Below, piece by piece: positions 58,228 through 64,000 of a stretch of 64,000 nucleotides of DNA. Each line of letters opens with the position of its first letter. Position 1 is the first letter of the stretch. The DNA lies in IMG/VR virus record IMGVR_UViG_3300037070_001066, positions 1 to 64,000 of that record; one strand, given 5' to 3'. The DNA comes from a virus. The notes below the pieces were generated by a model. That model searched no databases, had not been told where the DNA came from, and saw only the letters and a list, made by a program, of their open reading frames with translations. The position numbers were made by a program, and so were the translations under genes.

Positions 58228-61200
58228 CTACTCTAATATCGTGTATAATTGATAATAATCTTTATCTAACTGAGACCATATTGGCACAAGTCTTTTAGTT
58301 GCTTTAACTAATTCATTCTTGTGTTTAGCGTCTTCATCTAAATATGAAAAGAAATTTTCATCATCCTCTGGGAAGAAGTTAATTGGAGTTACAACTTGTT
58401 GTATAAAGTCTAAACCTGTTTGTATTAATTTAATACCTGCAACAGGATTTGTTAAAATCTTAGCTGTCTCTCTAGGATCTCTAAATTGAGATAATTCAGA
58501 CTCTAATCTTCTAAGTTGATATACTAAGAACCATAATTCATCATCATCAGGGGCTGCTGCTCCTGCAATTAATGCTCCAATAGCTGGTAAAATTACAGAT
58601 GTTAACATTATCTCAAGAGTTGCTTTCTTTAAATTAGCCTTCTCGTGGTCTGATAATGAGTTATATACATCTTTCATATACATCAATTGCATAGACTTCA
58701 TTGATGGAACAACTCCATTTACGAAATATCTAGCTAAAGATGTGTAAATACCTTCAGTATATTCTTTCTTAGCAGAACTATAGTTTAATTCATCTTCAGT
58801 TAAGTCTTCTCTACTTTTAAGTGATGTAGATATACCTGTATATCTGTAAGCAAGAGCGCCTAAGAAGAAGTTTTTAAACATCATCACTAGTTTACCTGAG
58901 ATAGTTTTAGACAATTCATTCTTAAAGTTATTATCATAAACACCATACAAGTCAAATACTTTGCTCTTAATCAAAAGATTTATATGAGTTTTACCTCCTT
59001 TAGCATATTCAGTAGTAAGATTGTGTTTGGTAAATTTAACTTTATCGTCCATTACTAACTTACCTTTGTTGTCCATCTTAAGCATATCTAATAATGAAGA
59101 AGCTTTAGATTCATCTACAACTTTACCATTCTTATCTATAAATTTATTGTCAGAATTCATCACTTTAAGAGAGTCTAGTACGGCCATAGTAAGTATAGAG
59201 TTCATCATGTGCTCTCCAACTTCGTTTATACCATTCATATTCTTTCTAGAAGCTAACTTCTTTGCCAATGTATTTCTAAGATATTCTTGTGTAGCAGGAT
59301 CAAATCCTCCAAATACATCATACATTTCTAAAGTTTGATTTACAAAAGATGTTTTAACTGGATTACTTAAGTCAGACAATGTGTTAGGAAGTTCAGTTCC
59401 ATAAAGTTTCTCAGCTTTAAGTAAATTCTTAGGACTAATAACGTCTCCTCCAAATGACTCTATAAACAATTGAGTGAATCCATTGAATAAGTTAGCAGTT
59501 CCTGATGCTACGTTTAGAGACATAGCAATACTTGCAGTAGCTCCATTTACGTAAGATACAATCTTATTTCCATCTAAAGGACCTAATCTTCCTCCATGTT
59601 CATGAAATACATCATATATCATCCTGTCCATTAAACCTTTTATTCTCTTATATTCATTAGTAAATTCACCTGGAATAGTTACAACTGGCTGATTCTTGTT
59701 CCAAATATTCATTAAAGGAAGTCCAGTTTTAGTAGAAGTTTGAAAATACCTTTTACTTTTAGATACATCTGCCAACATAATAGCATTAGTTTCGACCTTA
59801 CTTTTCTCTCTAAAGCTAATAACATTGAAATATTCTTTTCTCAGCATTGTAGCTACGTCTAAAGATTGAGTTTTTGGATCTATATCACCTCTATAATGAA
59901 CTTTAACACCGCGAACAGACTCACCTGTTTTGTTATCTATAGCTTCACCATATCCAACATCATCTGGTTTAATCTCAGTAGCATCTGTCCACTTTTGTTT
60001 AACTAAGCCTTTAAAGTCTTTCTCTACACCTCTTTCGAAATCAGATTTAGTTATAGATGGAAACTTATAGAAACTTACTTGGCCTGTCTTTCTAACAAGA
60101 CTCCTACTTCCGCCTGTAGTTGTGTGACCTAATTTGGCTAAAGAAACTGCTTCTTTAAGCATTTCAGCACTAGCTCCAGTTGGTTTAGTATTTCTATATT
60201 TGTCTTTAGGATACCATTTAAGACCATGTTCATCAGATTGATCTCTAACTGTATGCTCTTTCATCCAGGCTTTAGTCTTCTGATACAATGCTTTGTATTC
60301 ATCATTCTTCATGAAATCTTTAGCCATTACAGCTCCTTCTGCTTTAAGTTTATCCTTCAATTCACTAAGCTCTAATTCCATAGGTTTGTATTCTTCTAAA
60401 TAGATATCTCTAAATTTTACACTATAAATACCTTTAAAGAAGTAATTACCATCTTTGTCTTGCTCATATATATCTTTATATAACTCAGACGGAGCAAGGT
60501 TACCTTTTTCTTTAACTAAATCATTAAAAACATTTTTAAGAGCTAAATCATAATCTTTGTACAAATCTATAATAGTATCTCTTGCTGCACTAATCATATT
60601 AGTGATTATTTGTATAAGTTTACTGTTAGTATTTAAAGGGTCTTCAAAGTTCTTTTTAAATGAACTTATGTCGAATGCTGGATTGTATACAATTTTCTCT
60701 GCAGCTTTAATTAAATCTTCTTCAAATAAATCTTTATCTCTAGTAGTCAACATTCTAGATGCATATTCAATTCTAGATTCACCAGTTATTTTCTTATCTA
60801 CATATTCTTTGTAAAGTCTATTTCTGTGATCTGTCTCTACTTGTGTATTAAACTTTGGATTAGCAAGAAATTTAACAGCTTGTTCGTTTTTTATAGCGTG
60901 AAACTGAGATTTAAGTGATTTACTTTCACCTGCAGCATAAGATATAATCTTTCTTATAGAATTAAAATCTTCAACTTCCTCTTCAGTTAAGTCTTTTTTA
61001 AGGACAGAGGCTCCAACAAGTTTACTTATATCATCAATAAGATCATATGCGGCTAGATACTCTTCATAACTATTTATAGTCTTAAGTAGATCTTCGTCTC
61101 TATAGTCTTTTGTTTTCTTATGAAGTCTTTCTAAACCTTTTGTAACTTGAATAACAGTTTTGTTTAATGTATTAGCATAACCTAAAATAACTTTAACTTT

Positions 61201-62364
61201 TTGAGTCTCAGACATTTTGTCCATCTCTTTAATTAAAGCATCTATATTCTTCAAGTGATCTTTTTTGTCTTTCCTTGATATAGGTTTTTTTGTCTTAGCA
61301 GTTCTAGCTCTAGCTTGAGCAATTCTATCTTTAGTTTCTTTTACAAGCTCATCAAGTTTGTTTTCAAAACTAGTCATCTCTGGTTTAACAAATTCAAGCT
61401 CTTTAGCAAACACACCTTTATATTGAGTCTCTTCATTTTCATCCTGAACATTTTGTTCATTGAAGTCCATTATCGTGTTGAATAAGGTTGTATATTCACT
61501 ATTTAGTGGTATATTGAAAAATCTTCTTATTGCGTTAATGAATTGATTCCACAATCCTTCAGATTCAGATTTAACTTGATCTCTAAATTCAGGATTAGAA
61601 TAAAACTCAGCAACAAATTCAAATTCATTTTTAAATCCATATTCCTCTGCTAAATCACTATCTTTGTATTTCTTCATAAACTTGTCAACAACTTCAACAA
61701 GTTCTTTCTCTGCAAGAGTTCTATTCTTAGGATCTTTAGCTAAAGCATCAGCAGTAATACTATGAACAACTTCATGAAGAAAAGCTACAACAACATCTTT
61801 CTCACTAAGACCTTTAATTCTCTCTGAAGAAACTTGAATTTTCTTAGATACTGGGTCATATTGCATAACTGCAGAAGTAGATATCATGACTTCTTCATCA
61901 ACTAATTCAACTTTTGCTTTCGATCCACCCATAATACGTGCCGCTCTAGTAGCTAAATCTTGCGCGTAAGGCGTTAAATCAGAAATTCCAGTACTTATAT
62001 TAGATAAAATATTATCGACGCTTAAATCGCCTTTAAATAGGTTTTCAGTAAATACTTCAACTTCAGGATCATATGAAATTTCTTCATCAAGAGTATTTGG
62101 AGCATTTTCATCAACTAAATCATGAAAATTTACTTCATCTGACAATCCTATCTCACTAATTGGTTCTGTTAATTTTTGTTCAGGTTTTGCATTTTCTTTA
62201 ACAACTGATGCAGTATGTAGTTCGTCTACTGTAGGAAACTTTTCAAGTCCATTTACTTCTTGCCACAAAGATATCTTAGCAGCAGCAATTAGGGGACTAA
62301 CCCCTAACTCGCTAGCCAAATCAATAACAGCATGACTCTTATGATTAACACAATGTATTGCCAT
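58228..62364 (-). CDS. Large virion cargo/ejection-type protein with zincin metallopeptidase-like motif
   Basis: 1378 aa, helical; FLHEVVH...EFVAE; C-terminal hydrophobic segment (IMLTSVILPAIGALIAGAAA); in the late-strand large-protein region. Confidence 0.65.
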   Translation of the reverse strand: MAIHCVNHKSHAVIDLASELGVSPLIAAAKISLWQEVNGLEKFPTVDELHTASVVKENAKPEQKLTEPISEIGLSDEVNFHDLVDENAPNTLDEEISYDPEVEVFTENLFKGDLSVDNILSNISTGISDLTPYAQDLATRAARIMGGSKAKVELVDEEVMISTSAVMQYDPVSKKIQVSSERIKGLSEKDVVVAFLHEVVHSITADALAKDPKNRTLAEKELVEVVDKFMKKYKDSDLAEEYGFKNEFEFVAEFYSNPEFRDQVKSESEGLWNQFINAIRRFFNIPLNSEYTTLFNTIMDFNEQNVQDENEETQYKGVFAKELEFVKPEMTSFENKLDELVKETKDRIAQARARTAKTKKPISRKDKKDHLKNIDALIKEMDKMSETQKVKVILGYANTLNKTVIQVTKGLERLHKKTKDYRDEDLLKTINSYEEYLAAYDLIDDISKLVGASVLKKDLTEEEVEDFNSIRKIISYAAGESKSLKSQFHAIKNEQAVKFLANPKFNTQVETDHRNRLYKEYVDKKITGESRIEYASRMLTTRDKDLFEEDLIKAAEKIVYNPAFDISSFKKNFEDPLNTNSKLIQIITNMISAARDTIIDLYKDYDLALKNVFNDLVKEKGNLAPSELYKDIYEQDKDGNYFFKGIYSVKFRDIYLEEYKPMELELSELKDKLKAEGAVMAKDFMKNDEYKALYQKTKAWMKEHTVRDQSDEHGLKWYPKDKYRNTKPTGASAEMLKEAVSLAKLGHTTTGGSRSLVRKTGQVSFYKFPSITKSDFERGVEKDFKGLVKQKWTDATEIKPDDVGYGEAIDNKTGESVRGVKVHYRGDIDPKTQSLDVATMLRKEYFNVISFREKSKVETNAIMLADVSKSKRYFQTSTKTGLPLMNIWNKNQPVVTIPGEFTNEYKRIKGLMDRMIYDVFHEHGGRLGPLDGNKIVSYVNGATASIAMSLNVASGTANLFNGFTQLFIESFGGDVISPKNLLKAEKLYGTELPNTLSDLSNPVKTSFVNQTLEMYDVFGGFDPATQEYLRNTLAKKLASRKNMNGINEVGEHMMNSILTMAVLDSLKVMNSDNKFIDKNGKVVDESKASSLLDMLKMDNKGKLVMDDKVKFTKHNLTTEYAKGGKTHINLLIKSKVFDLYGVYDNNFKNELSKTISGKLVMMFKNFFLGALAYRYTGISTSLKSREDLTEDELNYSSAKKEYTEGIYTSLARYFVNGVVPSMKSMQLMYMKDVYNSLSDHEKANLKKATLEIMLTSVILPAIGALIAGAAAPDDDELWFLVYQLRRLESELSQFRDPRETAKILTNPVAGIKLIQTGLDFIQQVVTPINFFPEDDENFFSYLDEDAKHKNELVKATKRLVPIWSQLDKDYYQLYTILE

Positions 62365-62370
62365 ATATTT

Positions 62371-62733
62371 TTATTTTAAAAATTTTAATTTATATAGCGT
62401 ACTATATATTAATTCTAATATGTCATCAATTATTTGTTGTAGATATCCGCAGTCACTTAAAGACTCTCTAAAGGATTTAAAAGACTCAATAAATCCTTCT
62501 AAATAAGAAATTGGACTAATGCTTTCAGAAATAGAAAACGACTTATAGCCTTTTATAATTCCATATTCTCCTTGGTAAGACTCAATGAATCTATCTCTAA
62601 GATCTACAATATCTCTATATAATCCATCTAAAGCTTTATGCTCTGCAAAACTAGATGTTTGCAAGTGAGCAATATGTGCATTTACTTCTATTGCAAATAG
62701 GTTAGACACAAACTCTTGTACTTTATTTTCCAT
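62371..62733 (-). CDS. Ferritin/Dps-like four-helix protein (DUF5856-like)
   Basis: AHIAHLQTSSFAEHKALDGLY...DRFIESYQG...IDDI...YKL. Confidence 0.7.
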   Translation of the reverse strand: MENKVQEFVSNLFAIEVNAHIAHLQTSSFAEHKALDGLYRDIVDLRDRFIESYQGEYGIIKGYKSFSISESISPISYLEGFIESFKSFRESLSDCGYLQQIIDDILELIYSTLYKLKFLK

Positions 62734-64000
62734 AACATTCTATTAATTTTTCTTTTTCATCGTCACTTAACGCCATGAATGACTCCTTAGTCATAGTAGG
62801 ATCTGCTTGTTGGAAAGCCTTAGAATGCTTATTCCATGAATCTTCAATAAACTTATCATAATCTTGTTCAGTAGTCTCTTCTCCAGTTAAATTCAATGCT
62901 CTTGAGGCATTTCCTTCAATAGTCTCAGCTTTGTTACTAATTCCAATTACAGTAGTTTTAGCTCTAGTTAAAGCCGTATAAATACTTCTAGATTTAGATT
63001 TTGCTGATAAAGGACCAACACTATTGATGTCTTGGATATCTACTATAACACTATCATATGTAGAACCTTGAGATTTATGTGAAGTTATAGCATAAGCATA
63101 ATCTATGTTAGCAAAAGACTTTTTAAGTCCCCATGCTTGTGCATACATTTGCTTTCTTAATGCTCCAGGAGGCATTTGTTTAGCCTTAGCGAACATCTCA
63201 GCTACTCTTTCATTAAACTCAACTTTAGATTCATCTGCAAGTACTGGAAATGACATATCAGTATTAGTTCCATCACCACGCTCTACAGTAACTGCATAAG
63301 CTTGAAAACCATTATATGTAGTCTTTCTAACACCTTTTATAGAGAATTCATCACTATTAGATACCTTAGTTCTAGAATCAACATCAAAGTTGTCTTGGAA
63401 CATTATAATATCATTCTCAATTAATTGAGGCACATCTTCTCCGAATACAGCTTTTCTAATATCATTATTGTAAGCAGTTCTTGTAGCGTTTCTATATGTA
63501 ACAACTTTGATTACATTAGGGTTTTGCTCAAGTATACCTCTTTTAAATGAGTCTACTACATCTTCAAATATATGACCAAATGATCTTACAAATACTAAAT
63601 TACCTTTAGGAGATAATGTATCTTTCATAACTCCATCTGGAACAGGATCTTGTTGAGAAGTTTCTAACTCAGAGTTATCCCAATAATAATCTGCAAATGG
63701 AAGTATAGGAGACTCTTCTCCTTGACGAACACGTTCAGTTAGGCTAGCTTTATTCTCAGAATCAAATACAGGACTAATGCTATCTAAATCAGTTTTAGAC
63801 CATCCATGATAATAAGGATTTTTAAGATCTCTAATAGGAGGCAATTGACCTCTATCTCCCAAGAACACTAATTTAGCAGATCTTCTTTTCATCTCCATCA
63901 TCATCTCAATAGCCTCTTCATTAACCATAGAAGCTTCATCTATAATAATAATATCATGTTTAGTAATCTTAGCATCTTCAGAAAATGAATCAGTAAACTC
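62723..64000 (-). CDS. SF1B (Dda/RecD-like) helicase domain protein, 5'-truncated by the window
   Basis: Frame open to 64000 giving IIIIDEASM; GDRGQLPP, RVRQ, YAITSHKSQGSTY, YTALTRA. Confidence 0.85.
   Translation of the reverse strand, partial: EFTDSFSEDAKITKHDIIIIDEASMVNEEAIEMMMEMKRRSAKLVFLGDRGQLPPIRDLKNPYYHGWSKTDLDSISPVFDSENKASLTERVRQGEESPILPFADYYWDNSELETSQQDPVPDGVMKDTLSPKGNLVFVRSFGHIFEDVVDSFKRGILEQNPNVIKVVTYRNATRTAYNNDIRKAVFGEDVPQLIENDIIMFQDNFDVDSRTKVSNSDEFSIKGVRKTTYNGFQAYAVTVERGDGTNTDMSFPVLADESKVEFNERVAEMFAKAKQMPPGALRKQMYAQAWGLKKSFANIDYAYAITSHKSQGSTYDSVIVDIQDINSVGPLSAKSKSRSIYTALTRAKTTVIGISNKAETIEGNASRALNLTGEETTEQDYDKFIEDSWNKHSKAFQQADPTMTKESFMALSDDEKEKLIECYGK

Noticed and set aside
1-64000. 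Stop-codon reassignment, as seen in some crAss-like phages
   Set aside because: Long late and early genes are uninterrupted in the standard code, TAG ends several genes at sensible positions, and no suppressor tRNA was seen

Overview
AT-rich genome segment of a lytic Bacteroidota-infecting crAss-like phage (Crassvirales-like), read in the standard genetic code, with three blocks. (1) 1-13068, minus strand, late/morphogenesis block: start of the major capsid protein, acidic scaffold-like protein, portal, terminase large subunit, a GroEL plus GroES-like chaperonin pair, IHF/HU-like protein, PhoH and small ORFs. It is driven by five Bacteroidota-type -33/-7 promoters; three share an extra 14-bp box at identical spacing, and one of those appears to drive a ~285-nt structured non-coding RNA. 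(2) 13278-58106, plus strand, early/middle block: a helically phased repeat array, many small and membrane ORFs, a tmRNA with a long tag, tRNA-like and other structured intergenic elements, lipoproteins, a NARP1-like NAD+ reconstitution pair, helicase/primase/AAA/SSB/nuclease genes but no recognisable DNA polymerase, a large peptide-ligase/amidotransferase cluster, class II RNR and ThyA. A five-member paralogous Cys/winged-helix-like family is scattered through it. (3) 58228-64000, minus strand: large virion cargo-type proteins (zincin-containing protein, SF1 helicase-containing protein) whose only visible cysteines lie at their facing termini. All calls rest on motif recognition by eye; no searches or folding programs were run.
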